Shown piece by piece: positions 9,248 through 19,514 of a stretch of 64,000 nt of DNA. The number at the start of each line of letters is the position of its first letter. Within the stretch, counting starts at the first letter, position 1. The notes beneath the pieces are model-generated. The model had not been told where the DNA came from and ran no database searches. It worked only from the letters and a program-made list of their open reading frames with translations. The position numbers were made by a program, and so were the translations under genes. The stretch comes from a virus (lineage: Duplodnaviria > Caudoviricetes): IMG/VR virus record IMGVR_UViG_3300034410_000463, positions 19,334 through 83,333 of that record. The stretch is one strand, 5' to 3'.

Positions 9248-11206
9248 ATGGCTTTTTCCGTAAGTCCTTCCGTCATTGTTCGTGAAGTGGATGCGAGTCA
9301 GGCAGTACCAGGCGTTGCAACAGCTCCAGCGGCAATAGCTGGCATATTCAAGTGGGGTCCAACTAATGATCCTATTTTAATTACTTCCGAAAATCAATTA
9401 GTAGATCGCTTTGGTACACCAACCGACGACAACTACGAGACATTTTTCACAGCAACAGACTACCTCTCATATTCAAATGCCCTTTACGTGGCACGAGCAG
9501 ATGATGGATCATTAACCGCCTCAGGTACTACCGAAGTACTTGATGCAAATAACAACGTAATTGCAGAAGACAGTACATATGCAGCTTTTGACGCTAAATA
9601 CGCTGGTGCTTTAGGTAACTCAATTGAGGTATCTTGGGCCACGGCAGGTTCCTTCACGGATACCGTAGCAGCTGTAGGTGATATTGAAAATAATGGAATT
9701 TCTAACAACTCAGTAACACAGACAATTGATTTTAATGCTTCAGCGTTAACCTTTGAAACTGCAAATACAGTAGCAGCCCCATCAGTATATGTTGGCGATG
9801 TTCTTGTAATTGGTAATTCAAGCGTTGGGTTCCAAGAGCTGACTGTTGCAACAGTAGCTTCAACTGATATCGATGAAGAGTTTGGTTCAGGTAATACCGC
9901 AGTAACAGCTACTGTTGGTACAACAACTGAACTTACATTCAACACAAGATATACACTGGCTGAAACATCTTTAAACAAATTATCAATCGTTAAAAAGTGG
10001 CAATACAATTCAACTTTTGGTAAAGCTCCTGCAACTGGTAACATCCACGTGGCTGTTATCGATAAAGACGGCTTGATTTCTGGAACTCCAAACGAAGTAT
10101 TAGAAGTATTTGATAATCTTTCTACTACCGCAGGTTCTGTAGATCCACAAGGTGCTTCAAACTTCTATGAAACAGTAATCGAAAACAGTTCATCTTGGAT
10201 TAAAGTTGCTAATACAGCGGTAGTTACTGCAGCAATGACCAACGAAGATAGTGTTGGTACAGAAAAGCTTAACCAATACGAACGTATGGCAGGCGGTACT
10301 GATGCTTCCACTGAATCATCGGCAACGTTGAGTTCATTAGCATTTGCTTGGGATACATTCAAAAATACAAACGAAATCGATATTTCCTTTATCCTTCAAG
10401 GTAAAGGTGATGATCTAGGTGTAAGAGCTAACTATATTATCTCTAACGTTGCAGATTATCGCAGAGATTGCGTTGCTTTCATATCCCCATCTAAAGAAGC
10501 AGTAGTTGACGAATTAAAAACTAATTCTAAAATGGAAAATGCTATTGCATATCGTAACAAGATTCAAAATTCTTCTTACGCGTTCATTGATAGTGGTTAT
10601 AAATACCGTTATGATAAGTACAACGACAAGTATCGTTGGACTCCATTGAACGGTGACATGGCAGGTCTTTCAGCAAGAGTAGATCCTTGGGAATCACCAG
10701 CCGGTTACAGAAAGGGTATCATTAAGAATATCGTTAAATTAGCGTTTAACCCAAGTAAACCACAAAGAGATGTTTTATATAGCTCGGATGTTAATCCAGT
10801 TATGTCTCAAGCAGGTCGTGGAATTGTATTATTTGGTGATAAAACTGGTCTTGGTATTAATAGTGCTTTTGACAGATTGAATGTTCGTAGATTGTTCATC
10901 GCTGTTGAGAAAAGTATCGCGACTGCAGCTGAAAGCTTCTTGTTCGAGTTTAATGATGATTTTACACAAACTCAATTCAAGAACATCGTTGATCCATTCC
11001 TTCGGGATATCCAAGGACGTCGTGGAATTATTGACTATCGTGTTGTTTCTGACGCATCAGTTAATACCCCCGAAGTTGTAGATGCAAACAAATTCCGTGC
11101 AAGCATATTCATTAAACCAGCTCGTTCTATTAACGTTATCGAATTAACATTCGTGGCAACTAGAACTGGTGTAGAGTTTGACGAAATTGTTGGTCAGATC
11201 GCGTAA
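9248..11206 (+). CDS. gp18: Tail sheath protein gp18
   Basis: SPSVIVREVD, FKWGP, LFGDKT, FDRLNVRRLF, FEFND, IKPARSIN. Confidence 0.97.
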   Translation: MAFSVSPSVIVREVDASQAVPGVATAPAAIAGIFKWGPTNDPILITSENQLVDRFGTPTDDNYETFFTATDYLSYSNALYVARADDGSLTASGTTEVLDANNNVIAEDSTYAAFDAKYAGALGNSIEVSWATAGSFTDTVAAVGDIENNGISNNSVTQTIDFNASALTFETANTVAAPSVYVGDVLVIGNSSVGFQELTVATVASTDIDEEFGSGNTAVTATVGTTTELTFNTRYTLAETSLNKLSIVKKWQYNSTFGKAPATGNIHVAVIDKDGLISGTPNEVLEVFDNLSTTAGSVDPQGASNFYETVIENSSSWIKVANTAVVTAAMTNEDSVGTEKLNQYERMAGGTDASTESSATLSSLAFAWDTFKNTNEIDISFILQGKGDDLGVRANYIISNVADYRRDCVAFISPSKEAVVDELKTNSKMENAIAYRNKIQNSSYAFIDSGYKYRYDKYNDKYRWTPLNGDMAGLSARVDPWESPAGYRKGIIKNIVKLAFNPSKPQRDVLYSSDVNPVMSQAGRGIVLFGDKTGLGINSAFDRLNVRRLFIAVEKSIATAAESFLFEFNDDFTQTQFKNIVDPFLRDIQGRRGIIDYRVVSDASVNTPEVVDANKFRASIFIKPARSINVIELTFVATRTGVEFDEIVGQIA

Positions 11207-11233
11207 TAAATATACTTAAAAGGAGAAGAACAC

Positions 11234-11767
11234 ATGGCATTTAACATTAATCAGTTCAAATCAGAACTAGTTGGTGGCGGTGCACGTCCTACGCTCTTCC
11301 AATGTCAGATCACCAACCCGGTTAATCAGACTGCCGACATTAAAGTACCATTTATGGTACGGGCAGCTGGAATCCCTGAGTCTTCAGTAGGGCAGTATTC
11401 TGTTCCCTACTTTGGACGACAGGTTAAATATGCCGGTGATAGGATATTCGCGGACTGGACAGTTACCGTAATCAATGACGAAGACTTTGCTATCAGAAAC
11501 GCAATGGAAGAGTGGATGAACTTCATCAACTCTCATGATTCAAATTCAAGAGGCTTGCCTCAACAGTACAAATCTAACGGTCAAATTACTCAGTTTAGTA
11601 AAGATGGTTCAGTATTACGTACTTACATTTTTGAAGGCATGTTCCCAATTGCTATTGATGGCATTCAAATGGATTGGTCCGCTACTGATTCTATTGAAGA
11701 ATTTAGTATTACATTCCAGTACGATTTATGGAGAGTTGAAGGTAATACTGGCGTACCAACTACATAA
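11234..11767 (+). CDS. gp19: Tail tube protein gp19
   Basis: GGGARPTLF, PYFGRQVKYAGDR, WTVTVINDEDF, IEEFSITFQY. Confidence 0.95.
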   Translation: MAFNINQFKSELVGGGARPTLFQCQITNPVNQTADIKVPFMVRAAGIPESSVGQYSVPYFGRQVKYAGDRIFADWTVTVINDEDFAIRNAMEEWMNFINSHDSNSRGLPQQYKSNGQITQFSKDGSVLRTYIFEGMFPIAIDGIQMDWSATDSIEEFSITFQYDLWRVEGNTGVPTT

Positions 11768-11794
11768 TTTATTATATAATGTGAGGATTGAAAA

Positions 11795-13354
11795 TTGAAA
11801 TTATTTGGGTTTGAAATAAACAGAGAAAGCGAAGAGATCGTAGCTCCGGTCTCTTTCGCTGAACCATTGAACGATGACGGTGCTATTACCGTTGGAAACG
11901 CAGTGGGTGGATTCTATAGTACTATTCTAGATTTAGAAGGTACTGCTAAGACTGAGTCCGAGCTAGTGACAAAATATCGTGGTCTCGCCATGAATCCCGA
12001 AATTACTCAAGCGGTGGATGAAATCGTTAATGAAGCAATTTCGGTCGATTTAGCAGACAAAGTTGTAGATATTGTTATGGACGACTCAGATCTTCCAGAT
12101 AAGGTCAAGGATAGAGTTTCAGAAACTTTCCAAGAAGTACTTACTCTATTGGATTTTTCTAATACTGGCTACGATACTTTTTCAAAGTTTTATATTGATG
12201 GTAGAGTTAATTATCACTGTATCATTAATGAAGAAGATCTTAAAACCGGTATTCAAGAGCTACGTTATGTTGATCCACGTAAATTAAAACTTATTCGTGA
12301 AATGGATAAGAAAAATATGGATAAGCATTCTGGAGTTCCAGTTAAAAAGATTAAATCTGAGTACTACATGTATTCAGAAAATGGTTTTGGTAGCGAAAAA
12401 GGATCAGGAACTTCTGGTTCTCAGGGATATAAAATTGCAAAAGACTCTATTGCCCGTATTACATCGGGTCAAATGAGTGAAAATAATGCTCTTGTTTTAT
12501 CACATTTGCATGCAGCAATTAAGCCAATTAACCAGTTAAGGATGCTCGAAGATGCGACAATCATCTATACTTTAACAAGAGCACCTGAAAGAAGAATTTT
12601 TTATATTGATGTCGGTAACTTACCTAAGTCTAAAGCCGAGCAATATTTAAGAGATATGATGGTTCGTCACAAGAACAAGCTACAGTATAATTCATCTACT
12701 GGTGAAATTACAGATGCTCGTAAGATGATGACTATGACAGAAGATTTTTGGTTCCCTCGCCGTGGTGGTGAGAGAACTACTGAAGTGGATACATTAGCAG
12801 GTGGTAATGCTCAAGGTTTAACTAATGATGAAAACCTACAGTACTTCCAGCGTAAACTATATAAATCGCTTAAGGTTCCACTATCACGTTTAGAACCAGA
12901 AACAATGTACTCTTTTGGTCGTGTTTCTGAAATTACTCGAGATGAACTTAAGTTTAGCAAATTTATTCAACGTTTAAGAAATCGCTTTTCATCTTTGTTT
13001 ACTCAAATTTTAGAAAAGCAGCTTATTCTTAAAGGTATTATGACACCAGAAGAATTTGCAGAATTAAAACCAGCTTTAAGATACGACTTTATTAAAGACA
13101 ATTATTTTACTGAATTGAAAGAAGCTGAAATTGCACGTGAAAGATTAACAACTCTAAGAGAAGTTGACGAGCATATCGGCACATATTATTCAAGAGAATG
13201 GGTTCGTAAAAATGTTCTTCGTATGACTGATGATGATATTAAAGATATGGAGAAACAAATCGCCGCAGAAGCTGGAACTGAAGATGCTCCAGATGGTGGC
13301 GAAGATGATGAAGATACGAATCGCGAAGAGGATTCAAAAGTCGTTAATGGATAA
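11795..13354 (+). CDS. gp20: Portal vertex protein gp20
   Basis: RAPERRIFYIDVGNLP, KAEQYL, EDFWFPRRGG, ITRDELKF; TTG start with GAGGA RBS. Confidence 0.97.
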   Translation: MKLFGFEINRESEEIVAPVSFAEPLNDDGAITVGNAVGGFYSTILDLEGTAKTESELVTKYRGLAMNPEITQAVDEIVNEAISVDLADKVVDIVMDDSDLPDKVKDRVSETFQEVLTLLDFSNTGYDTFSKFYIDGRVNYHCIINEEDLKTGIQELRYVDPRKLKLIREMDKKNMDKHSGVPVKKIKSEYYMYSENGFGSEKGSGTSGSQGYKIAKDSIARITSGQMSENNALVLSHLHAAIKPINQLRMLEDATIIYTLTRAPERRIFYIDVGNLPKSKAEQYLRDMMVRHKNKLQYNSSTGEITDARKMMTMTEDFWFPRRGGERTTEVDTLAGGNAQGLTNDENLQYFQRKLYKSLKVPLSRLEPETMYSFGRVSEITRDELKFSKFIQRLRNRFSSLFTQILEKQLILKGIMTPEEFAELKPALRYDFIKDNYFTELKEAEIARERLTTLREVDEHIGTYYSREWVRKNVLRMTDDDIKDMEKQIAAEAGTEDAPDGGEDDEDTNREEDSKVVNG

Positions 13355-13390
13355 ATATAATCAAATCAAAGTAAATCTAGGAGATTTCAA

Positions 13391-14857
13391 ATGAAGTCCT
13401 TTAAACAAATAATTTCGGAAGTAGCACAGCCAAAAGAAAAAGGTGCTCACGAAGAGCAAGCCTTTAAGGATCAACATACTTACGAAGTAAAGCCACACCC
13501 AGTTGCGTTGGATACTCAATTCACTGGTGATATTCAAAAGCCTCAGGCCATGCGTAAAGCTGACCAGAAAGGCGATGCTAATTACGACAAAGCATATTCA
13601 AAAGGTATCTTTGAAGAAGAAGCTAATCTTCAAGAAGATCCTTCTCAAGAAATTCCAATGATGGAAAAGCAATTAGACTTTATCAGTCAAGCTGTTTCAG
13701 AAATTAAAGATTCTCTTGGTAACGGTGATCCAAAAGAATGGTATCAAAACAAATTAACTGCAGCTTATGAAGCGGTTAAAACTTTGCATGCTAACCTTCA
13801 AACCGAAGCATTATCAGGTGGTCAAAAAGAACTTGATACTGATTCAGATGGCGACATCGATGCTAAGGATCTTGCAGCACTCAGAGCTCGTAAAAAAAAG
13901 AAAACAAATGAAGAATTAGATGAAGATATGAATAAGGTTCACACCGTTGATATCGATCACGACGGTAGTAAAGATGCTAATGCAAAGAAGCACAATATTA
14001 CTTTAAAGAAAACCGGCGATTATTCTCATAATGCTACTGGTAAGAAAAAAGATCTTCACAAGTATTTAGCTAAGCACTATGATTCACACGATGATGCTAA
14101 AGAGCTACATCCAGAATTGCATGAAGCAGACAAGCTAAGTGTTAAAAAAGCAATTGGTATTGCAACTGATAAGAGATACAAAGGTGGTAACATGTCTGGC
14201 GCTGTAAAGGCAATGGATAAAATGAAGCCCGGTATTTCAGATCACCCACAAGTTAGAGCTGTTCTTAAAAGAGTAAATGAATCGCTTTTTGAACTTGACG
14301 AAGATATGAATAAGGTTCACACCGTTGATATCGATCATACAGGCGATCATGATGCAAATGCTAAAAAGCATAACATTACTTTAAAGAAATCTAAAGGTAC
14401 TGCCGATTCACACAGTGCTACTGGTAAGAAAAAAGATCTTCAAAAGTATTTAGCAAAACATTACGATTCACACGATGATGCAAAAGATATTCATCCTGAA
14501 GTACATGAAACAACTATGTCTGCTACTAAAAAGCCAGTAACAATGACTGGTCCAGATGGTAAGACTCGTACAGTTATGAAAACTACTAAAGTAAAAAATA
14601 CTGACGATCACGGACAAGATAAAATCAAAACAAACGAATCTATTATCCAAGAGTTAGAAGAAAATATCAAGTTTAAAGTTGGTATGCTGAGACTTAAAAA
14701 TGGTAAATCAGTAGTTCTTAAGAAGCAAGACTCAGACTTATTAACTCAAATGTTTAAAGATCTTTCACCTACAAACCGTAGAAAACTTGGTGCAGTAGCT
14801 ATGAAAGACGAAGCTGGATTTAAAGAAATCCTTGGATTTGCAAGAGAAGCGTTGTAA
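13391..14857 (+). CDS. Prohead core/internal protein; putative gp21-processed polyprotein with duplicated module
   Basis: Lies between gp20 and gp21; N-terminus MKSFKQIISE resembles T4 capsid-targeting sequences; many xxE junctions; internal repeat. Confidence 0.65.
   Translation: MKSFKQIISEVAQPKEKGAHEEQAFKDQHTYEVKPHPVALDTQFTGDIQKPQAMRKADQKGDANYDKAYSKGIFEEEANLQEDPSQEIPMMEKQLDFISQAVSEIKDSLGNGDPKEWYQNKLTAAYEAVKTLHANLQTEALSGGQKELDTDSDGDIDAKDLAALRARKKKKTNEELDEDMNKVHTVDIDHDGSKDANAKKHNITLKKTGDYSHNATGKKKDLHKYLAKHYDSHDDAKELHPELHEADKLSVKKAIGIATDKRYKGGNMSGAVKAMDKMKPGISDHPQVRAVLKRVNESLFELDEDMNKVHTVDIDHTGDHDANAKKHNITLKKSKGTADSHSATGKKKDLQKYLAKHYDSHDDAKDIHPEVHETTMSATKKPVTMTGPDGKTRTVMKTTKVKNTDDHGQDKIKTNESIIQELEENIKFKVGMLRLKNGKSVVLKKQDSDLLTQMFKDLSPTNRRKLGAVAMKDEAGFKEILGFAREAL
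13913..14509 (+). repeat. Two copies of a ~70-aa coding module (13913-14125, 14291-14509)
   Basis: Identical run gaagatatgaataaggttcacaccgttgatatcgatca; both copies encode KKHNITLKK and ATGKKKDL.KYLAKHYDSHDDAK. Confidence 0.92.
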
Positions 14858-14859
14858 AA

Positions 14860-15102
14860 ATGGCCTGGGTAGAAGTTCCTGGATCATACCACGCTGTTAG
14901 CAATACTCATATTTGGGAGTATGATAACGCCGCCACAGCAGCAAGTACATATGTAGATGCTAATGGAACAACGGCAAATGGCATAAGAAGTTTTACACCA
15001 CCGGGTGGAACCGCACAAGAAATATACGTAAAGGTGCGTAAAACAGGTGAAACCGCAGAACGCGGCGAGTTAAGTAAAACATATTATGACGCAAGAGTAT
15101 AA
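14860..15102 (+). CDS. Hypothetical protein
   Basis: 80-aa ORF between core protein and gp21. Confidence 0.55.
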   Translation: MAWVEVPGSYHAVSNTHIWEYDNAATAASTYVDANGTTANGIRSFTPPGGTAQEIYVKVRKTGETAERGELSKTYYDARV

Positions 15103-15109
15103 AAAGAAT

Positions 15110-15117
15110 TATAAATA
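15110..15117 (+). promoter_or_regulatory. T4-type late promoter
   Basis: TATAAATA upstream of gp21. Confidence 0.7.
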
Positions 15118-15148
15118 TAACTGAATAGTATAAAGATAGAGGCACAAA

Positions 15149-15841
15149 ATGAAACTTATTACAGAAGTTGTAGAAGAATGTAATGTTATTACAGATCTCA
15201 ATGAAGAAACTGGCGAAAAGTCGTACTTCATTGAAGGTATCTTCATGCAAGGAGATATCAAGAATCGTAACGGGCGCATTTATCCTTCTGCGGTTCTAGA
15301 AAAAGAAATGAATCGTTATAATAAAGATTTCATTGGTACTAAAAGAGCACTTGGTGAGTTGGGACACCCCGATGGACCAGCTATTAACGGAGATAGAGTA
15401 TCACACCTTATCACCGAAATGTCAAAAGATGGCTCTAATTTTACCGGCAAAGCAAAGATTTTAGGTACTCCGATGGGTAACATCGTCAAAACATTAATGG
15501 ACGAAGGTGTTCTTATTGGTGTATCTACAAGAGGACTTGGTTCTGTTAAGCAAGGCAAAGACGGAATCATGGAAGTACAAAACGATTTCCATTTAGCTAC
15601 TGTTGATATTGTAACAGATCCATCTGGACCGAATTGTTTCGTAAATGGCATTATGGAAAATGCGGAATATTTCTACGATATTGCTTCAGGTAACTGGCTT
15701 CCTCAGGACGTTTCGGTTGAAGAAGTAATTGAAGAAATCCAGCAAACAGTAGAGAAAGAAGTTAGAAGAACAGTTCGTCGAGTAGATGAAAGCACAGCCG
15801 CTGCGTTATTCGAGCGATTTGTGTCTGGTCTTAGAAAATAA
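15149..15841 (+). CDS. gp21: Prohead protease gp21
   Basis: MKLITE, IEGIFMQG, NRNGRIYP, ALGELGHP, GVSTRG, DIVTDPSGP. Confidence 0.96.
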   Translation: MKLITEVVEECNVITDLNEETGEKSYFIEGIFMQGDIKNRNGRIYPSAVLEKEMNRYNKDFIGTKRALGELGHPDGPAINGDRVSHLITEMSKDGSNFTGKAKILGTPMGNIVKTLMDEGVLIGVSTRGLGSVKQGKDGIMEVQNDFHLATVDIVTDPSGPNCFVNGIMENAEYFYDIASGNWLPQDVSVEEVIEEIQQTVEKEVRRTVRRVDESTAAALFERFVSGLRK

Positions 15842-15899
15842 CTTTTTAATAAATAGTAAACATATAGAATAACCAATTAAGTTAAAAGGAGTAGAACAT

Positions 15900-16880
15900 A
15901 TGTCAAATGAGTTAGACGAAAAGTTCGTTGAGAAATCTGGTGGCGACGTTGTTCCTGCAGCAGAAGTGCAGGATACCGTATCTCCAGAAGGCGGCGAAAT
16001 CAAGAAGAAAAAGGCAGATGTCAAAAAATCAGTAGATCCAAAAGCTGACAAAGTAGACAAAGTCACTCCAGGCCAAGGCGCTGTTGCAGAAGAAGCTGAA
16101 GAAGCTGATGCTGAAGCGGTTGTTGAAGAAGTAGTTGAAATTGAGGAATCAATCCAAGCTATGTTCGAAGGCGTGGACCTCTCAGAAGAATTCAAATCAA
16201 AAGTAACATTAGTCTTTGAAGCAGCTGTTCATGAAGCAGCAACTGCAAAAGCTGAAGTTGTAATTGCAGAGAAAACTGAAGCTCTAGAAGTAGAGATGAA
16301 AGAATCAGTAGATACTGCAGTTGAAAAAATCGTTGAAAATCTTGATTCTTATCTCGACTACGTAGTAGAAGAGTGGATGAAAGAGAACGAGCTTGCTATT
16401 GAAACCGGCGTTAAGGTAGAAATGGCAGAGTCATTAATGACTGGTCTTAAAGGATTATTCGAAGAGCACAACATCGAAGTCGATGATGAAACTATCGACG
16501 TAGTTGCTGGCTTGGAAGAAGAAGTTCAAGAACTTAAGACTACTGCTAATGAAAAGATCAGTGAAAACGTTGAACTACATAAGCAGATTGCATCACTTAA
16601 TGCAGATAGAGTATTTGACGAAATGACCGAAGACTTGACTATCACCCAGCGTGAGAGACTTAAAGTTCTTTCTGAGAAACTCGACGTACAAGATATTGCG
16701 GAATACAAAACCGATCTTTCAACACTTAAGGAATCTTTCTTTGCTAAGAAAGCTACTGTAGTTGAGGAAGTTGAGGAAGAGCAAGAAATCATTACTGAAG
16801 AAACAGCGGTTAAGAGACCAGTCTCTGATCACTCTTCAATTAATGCTCTCGTTGAGTCTCTAAACGCAAGAAACAAATAA
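15900..16880 (+). CDS. gp22: Prohead core scaffold gp22
   Basis: LSEEFKSKVTLVFEAAV, YLDYVVEEWMKEN; synteny. Confidence 0.93.
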   Translation: MSNELDEKFVEKSGGDVVPAAEVQDTVSPEGGEIKKKKADVKKSVDPKADKVDKVTPGQGAVAEEAEEADAEAVVEEVVEIEESIQAMFEGVDLSEEFKSKVTLVFEAAVHEAATAKAEVVIAEKTEALEVEMKESVDTAVEKIVENLDSYLDYVVEEWMKENELAIETGVKVEMAESLMTGLKGLFEEHNIEVDDETIDVVAGLEEEVQELKTTANEKISENVELHKQIASLNADRVFDEMTEDLTITQRERLKVLSEKLDVQDIAEYKTDLSTLKESFFAKKATVVEEVEEEQEIITEETAVKRPVSDHSSINALVESLNARNK

Positions 16881-16896
16881 CCCAAAACAATAATAT

Positions 16897-16904
16897 TATA
16901 AATA
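16897..16904 (+). promoter_or_regulatory. T4-type late promoter
   Basis: TATAAATA upstream of gp23. Confidence 0.75.
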
Positions 16905-16944
16905 GATCCAGATAGAACTTATTTAAACAAGGAGATAGACAATT

Positions 16945-18288
16945 ATGGCACAGTCAAACTATCAAGCTCTTGTGGAGAAGTGGGGCCCCATTTTGGAGCA
17001 CGACTCTTTTTCACCAATTGCAGATCAACACAAGAAATCTGTCACTGCGACAATTCTTGAAAACACAGAAAAGGCTCTCGTAGAATCAGGTGATATCTCT
17101 GCTTCTATGACTGGTCTTCTTAGCGAAACTACAGTAACAGGCGATGGCGGCTTCGGTTCAGCTTCAACTGCTGCTGGTCCAACTGCTGGTTACGATCCAG
17201 TATTAATCTCATTAGTACGTCGTGCAATGCCTAATCTTATGGCATACGACATTGCTGGTGTACAGCCAATGACAGGTCCAACAGGACTTATCTTTGCAAT
17301 GCGTTCAACTTACACTAACCAAGCTGGCGGCGAAGCTTTCTACAACGAAGCTGATACTGACTTCTCTGGTACAGGTGCTCATAGCGCGAAACTAGGCGAA
17401 GGTTCAGAAACTACTGGTGTAGGCCTTGACACTGACGATGCTGAAGCATTGGGAACTCTCCCAATCGTAGGCGGAACCGGTGCTGCTGGTGACCCAGTTG
17501 CTCCAACTACTTCATTCGGCGAAATGGCCTTCTCAATCGAGAAAGTTACGGTTGCTGCGAAGTCAAGAGCTCTGAAAGCTGAATACACTACTGAGCTTGC
17601 TCAGGACCTTAAAGCAGTTCACGGCTTAGATGCTGAAACTGAATTAGCCAACATTCTCCAGTCTGAAATCTTAGTTGAGATCAACAGAGAATTGGTTCGT
17701 ACAATCTACTCAAATGCTGTTGCTGGTGCAACTGCTACCGCCGCTCCGGGTACATTCGACTTAGACGTTGATGCAAACGGTCGTTGGTCAGTAGAGAAGT
17801 TCAAAGGTTTAATGTTCCAAATCGAGCAAGAAGCTAACGCTATTGCAAAAGGAACCAGACGTGGTAAAGGTAACATCGTAATTTGTTCTTCAGACGTAGC
17901 TTCTGCATTGCAAATGGCCGGTGTACTTGATTACACTCCTGCTCTTAACAGCAACGCTCTTTCAGTAGATGATACTGGTAATACTTTTGCTGGTGTACTT
18001 AACGGTCGCTACAAAGTATATATCGATCCATATGCTGGTGCAAACTACCTAGTTGTAGGCTATAAAGGTTCTTCATCTTTCGATGCTGGTATCTTCTATT
18101 GCCCATACGTTCCATTACAAATGGTTCGTGCAGTTGGTGAGAATAGCTTCCAACCGAAAATTGGTTTCAAAACCCGTTACGGTATGGTCTCTAACCCATA
18201 TGCTAAAGGAATCACACAAGGTTCTGGTGCATTGGATGCCAACAGCAACGTATACTACCGTAGAGTTGCAATCGCTAACTTATTCTAA
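16945..18288 (+). CDS. gp23: Major capsid protein gp23
   Basis: LISLVRRAMPNL, VQPMTGPTGLIFAMR, KSRALKAEYT, FYCPYVPL, GFKTRYG. Confidence 0.98.
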   Translation: MAQSNYQALVEKWGPILEHDSFSPIADQHKKSVTATILENTEKALVESGDISASMTGLLSETTVTGDGGFGSASTAAGPTAGYDPVLISLVRRAMPNLMAYDIAGVQPMTGPTGLIFAMRSTYTNQAGGEAFYNEADTDFSGTGAHSAKLGEGSETTGVGLDTDDAEALGTLPIVGGTGAAGDPVAPTTSFGEMAFSIEKVTVAAKSRALKAEYTTELAQDLKAVHGLDAETELANILQSEILVEINRELVRTIYSNAVAGATATAAPGTFDLDVDANGRWSVEKFKGLMFQIEQEANAIAKGTRRGKGNIVICSSDVASALQMAGVLDYTPALNSNALSVDDTGNTFAGVLNGRYKVYIDPYAGANYLVVGYKGSSSFDAGIFYCPYVPLQMVRAVGENSFQPKIGFKTRYGMVSNPYAKGITQGSGALDANSNVYYRRVAIANLF

Positions 18289-18346
18289 GCTAGCAAGCAA
18301 ATATAATAAGAAGGGTGGGTTAAACCACCCCATTATTAATAAGATT

Positions 18347-18374
18347 AGAGAGTTCTTTGGAACTCTCTTTTTTT
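18347..18374 (+). terminator. Intrinsic terminator after gp23
   Basis: AGAGAGTTC-TTTG-GAACTCTCT followed by T-run; second hairpin GGGTGG/CCACCC at 18313-18330. Confidence 0.85.
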
Positions 18375-18388
18375 ATGTGTGTGATTTG

Positions 18389-19141
18389 TTACGCTAAGTA
18401 TTCTGTCAGTCGATCGACTTTTTTACAGAAATCGTGATATGCACTAGTGACTTTATAGTGATTGTAGAATAGAGCTTTCTTTATTCTTTCCCACAAGCTT
18501 TTTTCAAGCATGGGATAACCAAACGAGAATACAATACATTCATAGTGCTGATAGTTACGACACGTTTGAATATTCCAAAATTTAGTTAGCTCTCCGTCCG
18601 TATATGGCTTTTCTCGTTTTTCCATTTGAGATGAATTTTCATAATTATCATCGTCATATACAATGTGTAAAGTAATGCCACCTTCAGACCACCAAGGTAC
18701 TTCCTTGCGAGGTCTCTCAACAGTGTTAATAACATTATCATACCAATAGATATCACACCTCAGATCCCTCATCTCACGCATGAATTGGCCTTTTTGCTCT
18801 TTAGTGTTGAATACTATACCAATATATCGATGCTTAGAATCATCATGACCTTGACAACTAGTGAACGTTAGATAACCTTTTTTCTGTAAAGCAAGGACTG
18901 CGTCTTTAACTCCTGGCTCAAGGTTCTTTTCCATAATATCAGAATACTGACTTACGAAAGAAGATACATATTTTCCAAACTCGTCTTTATACACATACGT
19001 ACGACCATTGTCGAAATGCTCATTGCCCTTAACGAACATAGCATAATGGTGACGATCTTCGGGAGTATTTAAAGCTGGTAAGGTTTCTTCTTGAACGTAT
19101 TGTTGTTCGTATTGAACACGATATTCGTATTGAGATTTCAT
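18389..19141 (-). CDS. Hypothetical protein with TYW3-like SCxGH motif
   Basis: LEPGVKDAVLALQKKGYLTFTSCQGH; GATAAATA at 19185-19192 upstream. Confidence 0.55.
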   Translation of the reverse strand: MKSQYEYRVQYEQQYVQEETLPALNTPEDRHHYAMFVKGNEHFDNGRTYVYKDEFGKYVSSFVSQYSDIMEKNLEPGVKDAVLALQKKGYLTFTSCQGHDDSKHRYIGIVFNTKEQKGQFMREMRDLRCDIYWYDNVINTVERPRKEVPWWSEGGITLHIVYDDDNYENSSQMEKREKPYTDGELTKFWNIQTCRNYQHYECIVFSFGYPMLEKSLWERIKKALFYNHYKVTSAYHDFCKKVDRLTEYLA

Positions 19142-19156
19142 CTGAGCTCCATGAAT

Positions 19157-19183
19157 AAAAAAAGGAGAGCCTAAGCCCTCCTT
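19157..19183 (-). terminator. Intrinsic terminator
   Basis: Minus strand AAGGAGGGC-TTAG-GCTCTCCTT followed by U-run. Confidence 0.75.
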
Positions 19184-19204
19184 CTATTTATCACCTATAG
19201 ACTA

Positions 19205-19501
19205 TTAATCTACTTGCTGCTCGATTCCTTTTACAGGCTCTAATACTGCTTCTGCAAATTGCATAAACTCTTCACTCTTAGCTGCTTCTTGAGCTAAGTT
19301 AGAAGCATGATAGATACGTGCTAGTTTATTGAAATCTTTCTTTGGGACCAAACAATCTTCGAGAATTTTCTCAGCAATTGCTTTCATATGGTCTTTTTCA
19401 GCTTCAATTCTTACCATCGAGTTAGACATTTCCTTCAAAGCATTTTGAATTTGTGTTCTATTCTTTTCGGTAATAATTGTTGGTAGTGTTTCGTCACTCA
19501 T
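19205..19501 (-). CDS. dsbA: dsDNA-binding protein DsbA (T4-like)
   Basis: KDFNKLARIYH resembles T4 DsbA KMFNRLLALYH; similar size. Confidence 0.7.
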   Translation of the reverse strand: MSDETLPTIITEKNRTQIQNALKEMSNSMVRIEAEKDHMKAIAEKILEDCLVPKKDFNKLARIYHASNLAQEAAKSEEFMQFAEAVLEPVKGIEQQVD

Positions 19502-19514
19502 AATATAACTCCAG

